Assembly: GCA_964614965.1 (NCBI GenBank)
Contig: CAZTNT010000001.1
Span: forward strand, 1 to 36,074
Origin: an uncultured Lachnospiraceae bacterium
Lineage (GTDB): Bacteria; Bacillota; Clostridia; Christensenellales; UBA1242
DNA: 36,074 nt
Direction: 5' to 3'
A model generated the notes under the pieces. It had not been told where the DNA came from and searched no databases. It worked only from the letters and a program-made list of their open reading frames with translations. Both the position numbers and the translations under genes were made by a program. Every line of letters begins with the position of its first letter. The first letter of the stretch is position 1. This document shows positions 1 to 8,346 of the stretch, in pieces.

Positions 1-43
1 GACCTAATTCATCAACACGTCTTACAATTCCTTTACTTTCCAT
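1..43 (-). CDS. SpoVT/AbrB-family transcriptional regulator, first 14 codons only (gene continues past the left edge)
   Basis: Reverse complement of 1-43 reads ATG GAA AGT AAA GGA ATT GTA AGA CGT GTT GAT GAA TTA GGT = MESKGIVRRVDELG. This matches the conserved N-terminus of AbrB/SpoVT swapped-hairpin regulators (AbrB MKSTGIVRKVDELGR, SpoVT MKATGIVRRIDDLGR, from memory). AAGGAG SD on the complement of 50-55, 6 nt from the ATG. Confidence 0.6.
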   Translation of the reverse strand, partial: MESKGIVRRVDELG

Positions 44-96
44 AAAATTCTCCTTAATTTAGTATGTGTTTTTTTCTTGTTCATATTCGTTTAGTC

Positions 97-125
97 TTGC
101 TTGAAAATAAATTTTATGATATAAT
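97..125 (+). promoter_or_regulatory. Sigma-A-type promoter positioned for a leaderless transcript of the 132-1358 gene
   Basis: TTGCTT (97-102), 17-nt spacer, TATAAT (120-125) with an extended -10 TG at 117-118. Only 6 nt (ctatat) lie between the -10 and the ATG at 132. No purine-rich SD. Confidence 0.45.
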
Positions 126-131
126 CTATAT

Positions 132-1358
132 ATGAAACCTATAATTAAAAAAGTAAAAAATTTGTTAAAGATTTCAATTGCTGGAGTTTTGCTTGCGACA
201 ACAGTTTTTTTATCAACATCTTGTTCAAATGTAGAGTATGATAGTTTTTATGATACGGATGAAATTGATTCGATTGCTGAAAAAATGGAATGTGATACTG
301 GATATCTTTGGAAAATAAATGATAACTATGCAAGAATGAAACATAATGGTGATGAGCCAATTTATGTTTGTTTTGATGAACAATTAACTGAAGATGAAAT
401 GTCCACAGCTAAAGAGGCTTTGGAATATGTTTTTGGACTTCTTAGTAAAATTAATGAAAAATATCAATACAAAATTGTTGACAAAAAGGAGTATGAATTA
501 AAAAATAATAAAACAAGAATTTATTTTGGGTTAGGACAACATGATATAATAGCTAACGGTATAGAATTTGCTTCACAAGGACATATTTATCAGGACTATG
601 ACTTCTTTAGTACTTTAACAGATGTTCCACTTTGGAATGACTATAGAATTAATATAGATAGAGAAGAGATAAAAAAAGATCCAAATCCCAATGCTTTATA
701 TTATACTAATGTTCATGAATTGATGCATGCTTGTGGAGATAAAGATGTGTATGACATGAGTGCTAAAAATCATGCTTCAACCTTCAGAGGAAACACATTG
801 ATTAATCCTAATTCTGGTCCTATAGTTTTAAAATTTACGCCAAACGATGTTAAGTGTAAGATTCTTTTATATGCTGAAAAAGACGCAGATAAAAAAGAAC
901 TTAAACAAATTTTAAATGATTACACTAAAGAATATTATGATGAATATGTTAAAAAATGTGAAGAAGTAGGTGGAATAAAAGGATTTTTAAATGAAGAAGA
1001 TTTTGGGTTGGAAACAGCAATTAGAGTAACCGATGAGAAAGGAAATAAGTATGGGTATAGATATGTTGTTGAAGTTAATGACGGAAAATATCAATTTTAT
1101 TTATATGAATACTATTCTAATAAACTTTTAGATGAGTGTAAAGGCGATGTTGTTTATCATAATGGAGTTGCAATTTTAACTGATTTGAATTTAAAACATG
1201 GTTTTAGACCTTTTGATGTTTCCGATACTTATTCAAACGGATTAATTCAAGATTTGATAATAGGAGACTATAACGGAAGTCCAGCGATGTACGATTTATT
1301 TACAAATGATGTAAAGCTGGGAAAAATGTATGAACTTGAAAAAAATATGGTGCAATAA
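132..1358 (+). CDS. Putative secreted lipoprotein with a single HExxH zinc-metalloprotease motif
   Basis: 408-aa ORF. The signal peptide ends in a lipobox-like L-S-T-S-C (Cys31). VHELMHACG (HELMH at nt 714-728) is an HExxH motif. I recognise no other family signature. Confidence 0.7.
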   Translation: MKPIIKKVKNLLKISIAGVLLATTVFLSTSCSNVEYDSFYDTDEIDSIAEKMECDTGYLWKINDNYARMKHNGDEPIYVCFDEQLTEDEMSTAKEALEYVFGLLSKINEKYQYKIVDKKEYELKNNKTRIYFGLGQHDIIANGIEFASQGHIYQDYDFFSTLTDVPLWNDYRINIDREEIKKDPNPNALYYTNVHELMHACGDKDVYDMSAKNHASTFRGNTLINPNSGPIVLKFTPNDVKCKILLYAEKDADKKELKQILNDYTKEYYDEYVKKCEEVGGIKGFLNEEDFGLETAIRVTDEKGNKYGYRYVVEVNDGKYQFYLYEYYSNKLLDECKGDVVYHNGVAILTDLNLKHGFRPFDVSDTYSNGLIQDLIIGDYNGSPAMYDLFTNDVKLGKMYELEKNMVQ

Positions 1359-1373
1359 TGCACCATATTTTTA
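1347..1373. terminator. Bidirectional Rho-independent terminator shared by convergent genes
   Basis: ATGGTGCA (1347-1354) pairs with TGCACCAT (1359-1366). The 4-nt loop ATAA contains the TAA stop of the plus-strand gene. T-rich run follows (atttttat). Confidence 0.5.
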
Positions 1374-2282
1374 TAAACTTTCAATCAAGTCTTCAATTTG
1401 CTTAAGTGTTGTAAACTCAAGAATTTTAAGTTTAGTGGCAGTTGCGTTAGTTAAGGATTTAACATACCACATCAAATGTTTTTTGAAATAAGCAACCAAA
1501 GTTTTTTCTGTACGATAGTAAGTTTTAAGTAATTCTAAATGCTTTTTTATTGCTTCTTTTCTTGAGTAAGGAGGAACAATATCTTTAAGTGTGGAAAATA
1601 TTTCAGGATTTCCCATTGCGTGTCTTCCAATCATAACTCCGGAGCATCCAATTGATTTTGCATATTCAACGTCTTCTTTGGTTAATATGTCGCCGCTCCA
1701 GAAAACTGGTATGTTGACATGATTGATTAATTTTTCGTAGGCAGATTTGTCCACTTCACCAGAATATCCTTGTTCACGTGTTCGAGCATGCAAGGTTAAA
1801 AATGCAACCCCACACTCTTCACACATTTTTGCAAACTCGATGTAATTGCTACTTTCTTCAATTCCAAGTCTAAATTTTATGCTGATAGGTTTCTTGCTGT
1901 TTTGGACCAAACTTGTTATAACTTTTCTTGTGTTTTCAATGTTTCTCATCATTGCAGAACCGTCATTGTTTTTAACAATTTTTGGAGCAGGACATCCACA
2001 ATTAAAATCTATAAAATCAAATTGATCAAACAAACTTGTGTGTAAAGCTTTTTCAATTGCGTTAATGTCGTGACCAAAAAGCTGACATACTTTAATTGCA
2101 TTTGATTCTTCTCTTAGCATTTTTTCAGTTCTGAAACTTTTGTTTTCAAGTGCTTTAACACTTATCATTTCGCTCACAACCATGTCTGCACCAAAATCAG
2201 CACAAATTTTTCTAAATGCAAAATCAGTAACTCCAGCCATTGGCGCTAACGCATAAATAAATTTATTAAATAATTTTTTCAT
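1371..2282 (-). CDS. dus: tRNA-dihydrouridine synthase (Dus family, FMN TIM barrel)
   Basis: 303 aa. N-terminus LAPMAGVTDFAFRKIC and the internal DFNCGCPAPKI motif (catalytic Cys region) are typical of DusB-like enzymes. Confidence 0.9.
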   Translation of the reverse strand: MKKLFNKFIYALAPMAGVTDFAFRKICADFGADMVVSEMISVKALENKSFRTEKMLREESNAIKVCQLFGHDINAIEKALHTSLFDQFDFIDFNCGCPAPKIVKNNDGSAMMRNIENTRKVITSLVQNSKKPISIKFRLGIEESSNYIEFAKMCEECGVAFLTLHARTREQGYSGEVDKSAYEKLINHVNIPVFWSGDILTKEDVEYAKSIGCSGVMIGRHAMGNPEIFSTLKDIVPPYSRKEAIKKHLELLKTYYRTEKTLVAYFKKHLMWYVKSLTNATATKLKILEFTTLKQIEDLIESL

Positions 2283-2288
2283 AAAATA

Positions 2289-2317
2289 ATTATAATAAAA
2301 ATATGAAAATATTTCAA
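2289..2317 (-). promoter_or_regulatory. Sigma-A-type promoter positioned for a leaderless dus transcript
   Basis: On the minus strand: TTGAAA (complement of 2312-2317), 17-nt spacer, TATAAT (complement of 2289-2294), 6 nt (tatttt), ATG (complement of 2280-2282). No SD. Confidence 0.45.
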
Positions 2318-2398
2318 TAAATTTATTAAAAATATTATTTTTTCATAAAAAAATATAAAAATTAAATAAAATTAAAATAAAAAACAAAAAATAATCAC

Positions 2399-3904
2399 AT
2401 GAAAAAAAGTAGTGTGTTTTCTGGTGCGCTTGTTTTGTCTGTTGGCAGTATTCTAGCAAAACTATTTAGCGCAATTTATCGTATTGCTCTAACGCGAGTG
2501 TTAGGAGGTGAGGGAATTGGATTGTATCAATTGATATTTCCATTCTATTCATTGTGTGTTGTCTTGGCAACTGCTGGACTCCCAATGGCTATTTCAAAAG
2601 TGATATCAAAAAACAAAGGGAATGAACTGGGAGTTTTAAAAAAATGTTTTTTATTTACAATTGTTGTTGCATTAAGTTTAATGTTTATTTTGCTAATTTC
2701 TTCGAAAGGATTAGCTATGTTGCAGGGGCAAAAACAAATTTCAATTTGTTACATTATTTTGGCTCCAACTATAATCCTTGTTAGTGTTGGAAGTGTTCTA
2801 CGTGGTTATTTTCAAGGTAAACATAATTTTGTTCCTAGTGCTGTTTCAAATATATTTGAACAATTTGTGAAAATGTGTGTTGGTTTAATTTTAAGTTTGA
2901 GTTTGATTGGTGTGAGTTTGTTTGCATCAATTGTTGGAGCGGTAGTTGGAATTGTGGTGAGTGAAATTATCTCATTGGTGATTCTATTGCTATATATTAA
3001 AAAAGAGAAATTCGTAAAAACTTCTTCTAAAGATGTTTCAATAAAAAATCTTATTAATGACGTTTTACCAATTACTTTAACAAACATTATTTTGCCAATT
3101 TCAACATTTATAGATAGTATTTTGGTTGTTAATTTATTAAATATAAATTTTTCAAATAATATTTCAGTTTTTTTGTATGGATTAGAAAGTGGTGCAGTGT
3201 CGAGTTTGGTTAGTTTGCCAACAATTTTTTCATTTGCAATTGCAAGTGTGATTTTACCTAATTTAGCAAGTATGAAAAATCAATTAAATAAAAACCATAA
3301 ATTTAGCTTAGCAATTAGGGTAGTGTTGATGATTACAATACCTTGTGTGATTTGTTTTGTGTTGATTCCAAATAGATTGATGGAAGTCTTATATCAAAAT
3401 AGATTGAATGCTTATGGTATTAATGGTTTAAACATTGCAGCACGTTTGTTAAGCATATCTGGATTTGGAGTTGTTTTCTTGGCAATAAATCAAATTTATT
3501 CAAGTGCATTGCAAGCAGTTGATGAGCGATTTAAAACAATAAGAAATTTATCAATTGCAATTGTAATTAAGTTGATTGTTGAAATACTTTTCTTACCTGC
3601 AAAAAGTTTAAATATCTATATGCTTGCAACTTCAAACACAGTATGTTATTTGACTGTAATGGTGTTAAATCATATGGAAATAAGGCAACATTTGAAACAC
3701 AAGATAAGATATGATTTTGTTGGTAAACTAGTATTATCTAATTGCGTTATGTTGTTTTCATTAGTTACTATTTTATCTATCAAAAGTACCATTCCTAATA
3801 CTATACTATCAATTTTTATTGCTGTTATTGTCTACTTACTATGTTTGTGGAAATTTAATATTTTTAATCGACATGATAAAGCAATGTTGAAATATAAGGT
3901 TTAA
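2399..3904 (+). CDS. MOP-superfamily polysaccharide/lipid II flippase-like membrane protein (SpoVB/YabM/MurJ-like)
   Basis: 501 aa and polytopic. The N-terminus (GALVLSVGSILAKLFSAIYRIALTRVLGGEGIGLYQLIFPFY...AGLPMAISKVISK) matches the conserved start of SpoVB/YabM-type flippases. Confidence 0.8.
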   Translation: MKKSSVFSGALVLSVGSILAKLFSAIYRIALTRVLGGEGIGLYQLIFPFYSLCVVLATAGLPMAISKVISKNKGNELGVLKKCFLFTIVVALSLMFILLISSKGLAMLQGQKQISICYIILAPTIILVSVGSVLRGYFQGKHNFVPSAVSNIFEQFVKMCVGLILSLSLIGVSLFASIVGAVVGIVVSEIISLVILLLYIKKEKFVKTSSKDVSIKNLINDVLPITLTNIILPISTFIDSILVVNLLNINFSNNISVFLYGLESGAVSSLVSLPTIFSFAIASVILPNLASMKNQLNKNHKFSLAIRVVLMITIPCVICFVLIPNRLMEVLYQNRLNAYGINGLNIAARLLSISGFGVVFLAINQIYSSALQAVDERFKTIRNLSIAIVIKLIVEILFLPAKSLNIYMLATSNTVCYLTVMVLNHMEIRQHLKHKIRYDFVGKLVLSNCVMLFSLVTILSIKSTIPNTILSIFIAVIVYLLCLWKFNIFNRHDKAMLKYKV

Positions 3905-3942
3905 AATTTTTAGTGTTGAACATAATCACAATGGAGGCATGT

Positions 3943-4215
3943 ATGAATAAAAATGAATTCGTAAACGAAATTAATGTAAAATCAGGGTTGAGCAAGAAGG
4001 ATTGCAAATTGTGTTTGGATGCAATGTTGGAAGTGATAAAAACAGCCTTGCAAAACGGTGAAAGCGTTACATTGTCTAACTTTGGGAAATTCAAAGTGAG
4101 TGATGTTAAAACTAAGTCGATGTATAATTTCCAAACAAAGAGAACTGAAATTGTGGAAGCGAGAAAATCTCCAACATTTAAGGCAAGTGATAATCTTAAG
4201 CAATGTGTGAAATAA
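3943..4215 (+). CDS. hup: HU/IHF-family DNA-binding protein, divergent beta-arm
   Basis: 90 aa from the ATG at 3943, with a GGAGG SD at 3933-3937. The track ORF begins at an upstream GTG (3913) that lacks an SD. MNKNEFVNEI...LSKKD...GFGKF-like core and a C-terminal P-x-FK motif fit the HU fold. Confidence 0.85.
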   Translation: MNKNEFVNEINVKSGLSKKDCKLCLDAMLEVIKTALQNGESVTLSNFGKFKVSDVKTKSMYNFQTKRTEIVEARKSPTFKASDNLKQCVK

Positions 4216-4263
4216 TTTAATTTTTCACTAAACTCACAAATTTAGTTTATTTTTAAATATGAT

Positions 4264-4294
4264 AAAAAATTGAGAAATATTTTCTCAATTTTTT
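4264..4294. terminator. Bidirectional Rho-independent terminator between hup-like gene and tadA
   Basis: AAAAAATTGAGAAA (4264-4277), TAT, TTTCTCAATTTTTT (4281-4294): a perfect inverted repeat flanked by A and T runs. It overlaps the last codons and TGA stop of tadA. Confidence 0.55.
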
Positions 4295-4743
4295 GGTTTA
4301 AGGAGTTTTTTTCTTCTATTTTTAAAAAAATTTTGAATTAAAACTCGGTTTTCATCTTCAAATGTTTTATCGTGAATGCAATTAACTGAATGGTTTAAAG
4401 TGTTGTTGAACATATCAAAACGAGAATGCCCACCATTTTCAATGTCAGCTACCGCAAAGAAAACATTTCTAATCCTTGCATTCAAAATTGCACCTGCGCA
4501 CATTGGACAGGGTTCAAGTGTTACATATAAATCGCAGTCATCCAATCTCCATGATTTAAGCTTTTTGCATGCTTTTTCGATTGCTAAAATTTCGGCATGA
4601 TGAGTTGCAATTTGTGTTTTTTCTCTCGTATTGTGAGCTTTTGAAATAATTTTATTATCTTTTACGATGACTGCGCCAATAGGTATTTCTTCCATCGAGC
4701 AAGCTTTGTAACCGAGCTGTGTGGCTTTTTGCATAAATTTCAT
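4285..4743 (-). CDS. tadA: tRNA-specific adenosine deaminase TadA
   Basis: CDA-fold motifs HAEILAIEKA and TLEPCPMCAGAI. I prefer the ATG at 4743 (MKFMQKA...) because AAGGA lies 8 nt upstream. The ATG at 4752 has no usable SD spacing. Confidence 0.9.
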   Translation of the reverse strand: MKFMQKATQLGYKACSMEEIPIGAVIVKDNKIISKAHNTREKTQIATHHAEILAIEKACKKLKSWRLDDCDLYVTLEPCPMCAGAILNARIRNVFFAVADIENGGHSRFDMFNNTLNHSVNCIHDKTFEDENRVLIQNFFKNRRKKLLKPKN

Positions 4744-5650
4744 TTTTAACATCCTTTGTTATATTTTGCAAAATTGGTGAAGTAAAGTCAATTTCTTTTG
4801 CATATTCTTTTGCAAGATTTAAAGCAATTAGAGGAACGTCCTTGTTTCTTGCATATATTTCTGGCAAAGTTTCAATTCCTAACGGGTGAGGCAGATTTTC
4901 ATCACCAACCTCAATTGTGTATGCAGGAATTTTCAGTGTGTTAATACACCAATCTTTATACCCGCCAGTGGAATTCTCTGTGAGGATTAACGGATATCCA
5001 GTCACTTCGCTTAAAGATTCGCCAATTGTTCGGTCTCTAATTAAATTTTTTTCACTTTGTCCTTCAAAACCATAGAAAATCACATTTCCTTTTGTGTGAT
5101 ATGAGATAGTTAATAAAGGTTTGTTTCTAAGAGTTAAATTGATTAAATTTTGGACCTCTCGTTCGCTGTTAGGGTAAAAACCAATAAAGTTTTCCGTTGC
5201 TGGACAAAAAACATTTTGCGAACCTTCTCCCCAGTTTGCATCGAAATTAGTGTTTAAGTCAACTAAATTAATGTTGGCTTTATATTGTGAAAAATCAAGA
5301 TTTCCATTATTTGCGGAAATTAAATAGTTTTTTGTTATTTCGCAATCAACCACATCAATTCCATCAAGTGAAATTTCTGCACCATCGGGATTTGTTAGAA
5401 AAACAAAGTAAATTCCTCCGTCTGTTACAAGCTGATTGTTATGTAAATATCTTGCTTGTTCAACCAAAAGTAGAGATGTTATATATTCGCGTGCATGAAT
5501 TCCTGCTTGAATTATAATTTGTGTGCCAGAATAATCACCAACATGTGTTGCTAAAATATTTTTTCCTAAAACAGACTTTCCAACATTAAAAATCTCCAAA
5601 CCCTCTTCTTGAAGTTGGAGAATTTGATTTATTAATTCTTGATATGTCAT
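4655..5650 (-). CDS. M14-family zinc carboxypeptidase (gamma-D-glutamyl-diamino-acid peptidase-like)
   Basis: IIIQAGIHAREYIT carries the HxxE zinc motif of M14 peptidases. The track start at 5662 is a GTG. The ATG at 5650 (MTYQELINQ) is preceded by GGGGTGA with an 8-nt spacer, so I prefer it. The 3' end overlaps tadA. Confidence 0.8.
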   Translation of the reverse strand: MTYQELINQILQLQEEGLEIFNVGKSVLGKNILATHVGDYSGTQIIIQAGIHAREYITSLLLVEQARYLHNNQLVTDGGIYFVFLTNPDGAEISLDGIDVVDCEITKNYLISANNGNLDFSQYKANINLVDLNTNFDANWGEGSQNVFCPATENFIGFYPNSEREVQNLINLTLRNKPLLTISYHTKGNVIFYGFEGQSEKNLIRDRTIGESLSEVTGYPLILTENSTGGYKDWCINTLKIPAYTIEVGDENLPHPLGIETLPEIYARNKDVPLIALNLAKEYAKEIDFTSPILQNITKDVKNEIYAKSHTARLQSLLDGRNTYWRSHRKR

Positions 5651-5672
5651 ATTTCTAATCACCCCTTATGTT

Positions 5673-5855
5673 ATAACAAATCTAAATGTTTGTTATCTCT
5701 TTATTTGAATATATCGCTAAGGCAGATATATCACTGCATAAAGCGCTAACAAAACATAAATGTTTGTTATCTCTTTATTTGAATATATCGCTAAGGCAGA
5801 TATATCACTGCATAAAGCGCTAACAAAACATAAATGTTTGTTATCTCTTTATTTG
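5673..5855. repeat. 74-bp tandem direct repeat, about 2.5 copies, filling the rlmH-peptidase intergenic region
   Basis: Units 5684-5757 and 5758-5831 are identical by eye. A 24-bp partial third unit (5832-5855) runs into the rlmH stop codon. A degenerate fragment lies at 5673-5683. Each unit carries two AT-rich hairpins: ATATATC-9 nt-GATATAT, and TAACAAAACA-TAAA-TGTTTGTTA with one bulge. Confidence 0.9.
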
Positions 5856-6319
5856 TGATATGAAATATTGTTTAAAATTGTGAATGCGCGATATAATTGT
5901 TCTAAGAAAATCACACGCATTAATTGGTGAGGAAAGGTCATTGGAGAAAAAGAAATTTTTTCATTAGCAAGTGACTTGATTGTTTCATGAATGCCATTTG
6001 ATGCTCCAATAACAAAAGATATTTCGCTGTTGGTTAAGCAAATTTTATTAATTTTTGCGCTGAATTCTTCACTTGAAAACATTTTTGCGTTTATATCTAA
6101 ACAAAAAATGTGACCTTTTAAATATTTTTTAATTTCATCTGCATCTTTTCTTAATGCGATGAGAATGTCGGATGTTGTGTTTGATTGAGCAACATGTTCT
6201 TTTAATTCAACAATTTTAAGATCGGCGAATCTAGAAATTCTTTTTGAATATTCGCCTATTGCTTCTTTTAGATATTTTTCTTTTATGTCGCCAACACAAA
6301 TTAAATTAATTTTTATCAT
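5849..6319 (-). CDS. rlmH: 23S rRNA (pseudouridine1915-N3)-methyltransferase RlmH (SPOUT)
   Basis: MIKINLICVGDIKEKYLKEAIGEYSKRISRF and the C-terminal FPHQLMRVIFLEQLYRA are typical of RlmH. The ATG at 6319 overlaps the upstream stop as TAATG and follows a GGGGGA SD. Confidence 0.9.
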   Translation of the reverse strand: MIKINLICVGDIKEKYLKEAIGEYSKRISRFADLKIVELKEHVAQSNTTSDILIALRKDADEIKKYLKGHIFCLDINAKMFSSEEFSAKINKICLTNSEISFVIGASNGIHETIKSLANEKISFSPMTFPHQLMRVIFLEQLYRAFTILNNISYHK

Positions 6320-7353
6320 TAGATGATCCCCCAAATAAAACTTGAAAGTGTGATTAAAATTCCTAAAATCAAACTAGAAATTAAGAAAATATTGTCAGAA
6401 AATGAAGACCTTGGTTTTGATTGTTCTTTATCGGCTTGACGCTTTAACAATAAATTAATTTCATTGAATTTTATTTGAGCTTGATCAATCGGCATTTGCT
6501 CAACTTGAAGAGCTTTCACAATGGCTTTTATTTCTTTTTGTGCTCGCTCACGCATTAAAACTTTAACCAAGTAATTGAAAAGCAACAATAATAAAATCAC
6601 TGAAACTGCAGAAGAAACAATAAATATAAACATGTTACTCATGAATATGTTTGTGATAAAATTAACAAATTTTGCAACTGGCCAATTTAAATAGGTTCCA
6701 TAAACGAAATAATTGCTTAAGAAGTTGTTCATAAAATGAATTATGATGCTTGGAATAATACTATCAGCAACTAGCGAAACATAACCCATTAAAAAGCCTA
6801 AAATTGTTGCATAAAAGAATTGGCGGATGTTGAGGTGTGTTAAACCGAATAAAATAGATGAAATAATTAAGCAAAATTTTGTGTTTCTATGTTTTTTTTG
6901 TGAATGAAGCATAATGCCTCTGTGTAAAAATTCTTCACAAAAACCAGGTAATATACAAGACAACACAAACTCCTTTAGAAGTGTTTTGTAACTTAATGTT
7001 ATCGTTCCAGAACCTAAACTTTCATAACCAAAAAGTGAAATAATTCCGTAAAAGGCGTCGGCAACAAAACTATTGATAAAATATAAAACAACTCCGAGAA
7101 GAATAGAAATCAAAATCATCTTTCCTGAGATTTTTTTGAGTCCGCAATCAGTAAGGGTTTCTTTAAAATTTTTCTTCATTAGAATTGTATACATAAACAT
7201 CGGGATTGCAAACATAACAATAATTTGAATGAGGAAAGATGTTAAGATGTCATTTTGTAAAATTCCGGTGTATCCCAAAACAAAAACAATGGCAACAAGA
7301 GAGATTGCCATAAAATATATCAAATTAATTTTAAATACGTTTTTGTTTTTCAT
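6319..7353 (-). CDS. CPBP-family intramembrane glutamic endopeptidase (CAAX protease/Abi family) with a C-terminal extension
   Basis: The three CPBP motifs are present: CEEFLHRG, FGLTHL, HFMNNF. An extra charged helical segment of about 80 aa (RERAQKEIKAIVKAL...KRQADKEQSK) and a final TM helix follow. Confidence 0.85.
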   Translation of the reverse strand: MKNKNVFKINLIYFMAISLVAIVFVLGYTGILQNDILTSFLIQIIVMFAIPMFMYTILMKKNFKETLTDCGLKKISGKMILISILLGVVLYFINSFVADAFYGIISLFGYESLGSGTITLSYKTLLKEFVLSCILPGFCEEFLHRGIMLHSQKKHRNTKFCLIISSILFGLTHLNIRQFFYATILGFLMGYVSLVADSIIPSIIIHFMNNFLSNYFVYGTYLNWPVAKFVNFITNIFMSNMFIFIVSSAVSVILLLLLFNYLVKVLMRERAQKEIKAIVKALQVEQMPIDQAQIKFNEINLLLKRQADKEQSKPRSSFSDNIFLISSLILGILITLSSFIWGII

Positions 7354-7354
7354 A

Positions 7355-8239
7355 TTAAACCAAATTTACAATAATCCAAATAATTAACATTATCGCCAAA
7401 CAAGAAAAGAATATAACTTTGTTAGACTTTTCAATTTTTTGTTTTTCTTGATTGGATGTCTTAAATGTAAAATACAAAATGATTGATAAAAATGCAATCA
7501 ACAACAAAAATGCAAAAATGATGTAAGACCAATGATTAAACACTAAATTGATTTTGAAATAAGATAAGGTTAATGATAAAAAGTTGTTAGTAAGATGAAC
7601 AGCAATACAATAGTATATGTTGTTTTCATAAAACATTATTACAGCAAGAAGCATACCTATTAAAATTGGATAAACTGTTTGACTCAATGACATATGGAAA
7701 AGAGCGAACATTAAAGAACTGACGATGATTGCAAAATTTTTTCCATATTTTTTCAGTCCTTTAAAAATAACGCCTCTAAATAACAATTCTTCACAAACTG
7801 CTGGAGCAACCACGAGTGAAATCAATGAAATAAAATAGTTTTTTGTCGTTAAAGAATATGGTAAAGTGCTAATTTCCGCACCGCATTTAACCAAAAGAGA
7901 ATCAACGCAAATTATAATTGGATATAAACATAAAAAGGACACAACTGCTATCAATATATAAAATAACAATTTTTTAAATTTCAATTTTTGAATGATTTGA
8001 TTTTCTTTTTTTCGATTGAAGTAAAAGAAAACACATAACATAGCTGAATACAAACCTAAGGAAGATATCATATATCCCCAAGCTTCGTTTAAAAAAGATG
8101 TGAAATTTTCCATTTCAAAGCCACAAACGTTGTAAACTATCATTGTTACGCATGTAAAAACAACAACAGACAACTGGCACAACAAAAATCCTACTAAAAA
8201 CGATAATGCGCTATCTTTAATTGTTAATTTTGTATTCAT
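7355..8239 (-). CDS. CPBP-family intramembrane glutamic endopeptidase (CAAX protease/Abi family)
   Basis: Motifs CEELLFRG, FALFHM, HLTNNF. Polytopic. Confidence 0.85.
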   Translation of the reverse strand: MNTKLTIKDSALSFLVGFLLCQLSVVVFTCVTMIVYNVCGFEMENFTSFLNEAWGYMISSLGLYSAMLCVFFYFNRKKENQIIQKLKFKKLLFYILIAVVSFLCLYPIIICVDSLLVKCGAEISTLPYSLTTKNYFISLISLVVAPAVCEELLFRGVIFKGLKKYGKNFAIIVSSLMFALFHMSLSQTVYPILIGMLLAVIMFYENNIYYCIAVHLTNNFLSLTLSYFKINLVFNHWSYIIFAFLLLIAFLSIILYFTFKTSNQEKQKIEKSNKVIFFSCLAIMLIIWIIVNLV

Positions 8240-8245
8240 AATCTT

Positions 8246-8274
8246 ATTATACTAAAAATAAAAAGAATTAGCAA
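8246..8274 (-). promoter_or_regulatory. Sigma-A-type promoter positioned for a leaderless CPBP-CPBP-rlmH transcript
   Basis: On the minus strand: TTGCTA (complement of 8269-8274), 17-nt spacer, TATAAT (complement of 8246-8251), 6 nt (aagatt), ATG (complement of 8237-8239). No SD. Confidence 0.45.
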
Positions 8275-8346
8275 TAGTATATTTAAAATTAAATCTAGTT
8301 TTTTGATTTGTAAAACAAATTTGTAAAGAGTTTCATATATATTAAC

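Noticed and set aside
5673-5855. Possible CRISPR array
   Set aside because: The 74-bp units are head-to-tail with no unique spacers between them, there are only 2.5 copies, and no cas genes are in the window. It is a simple tandem duplication.
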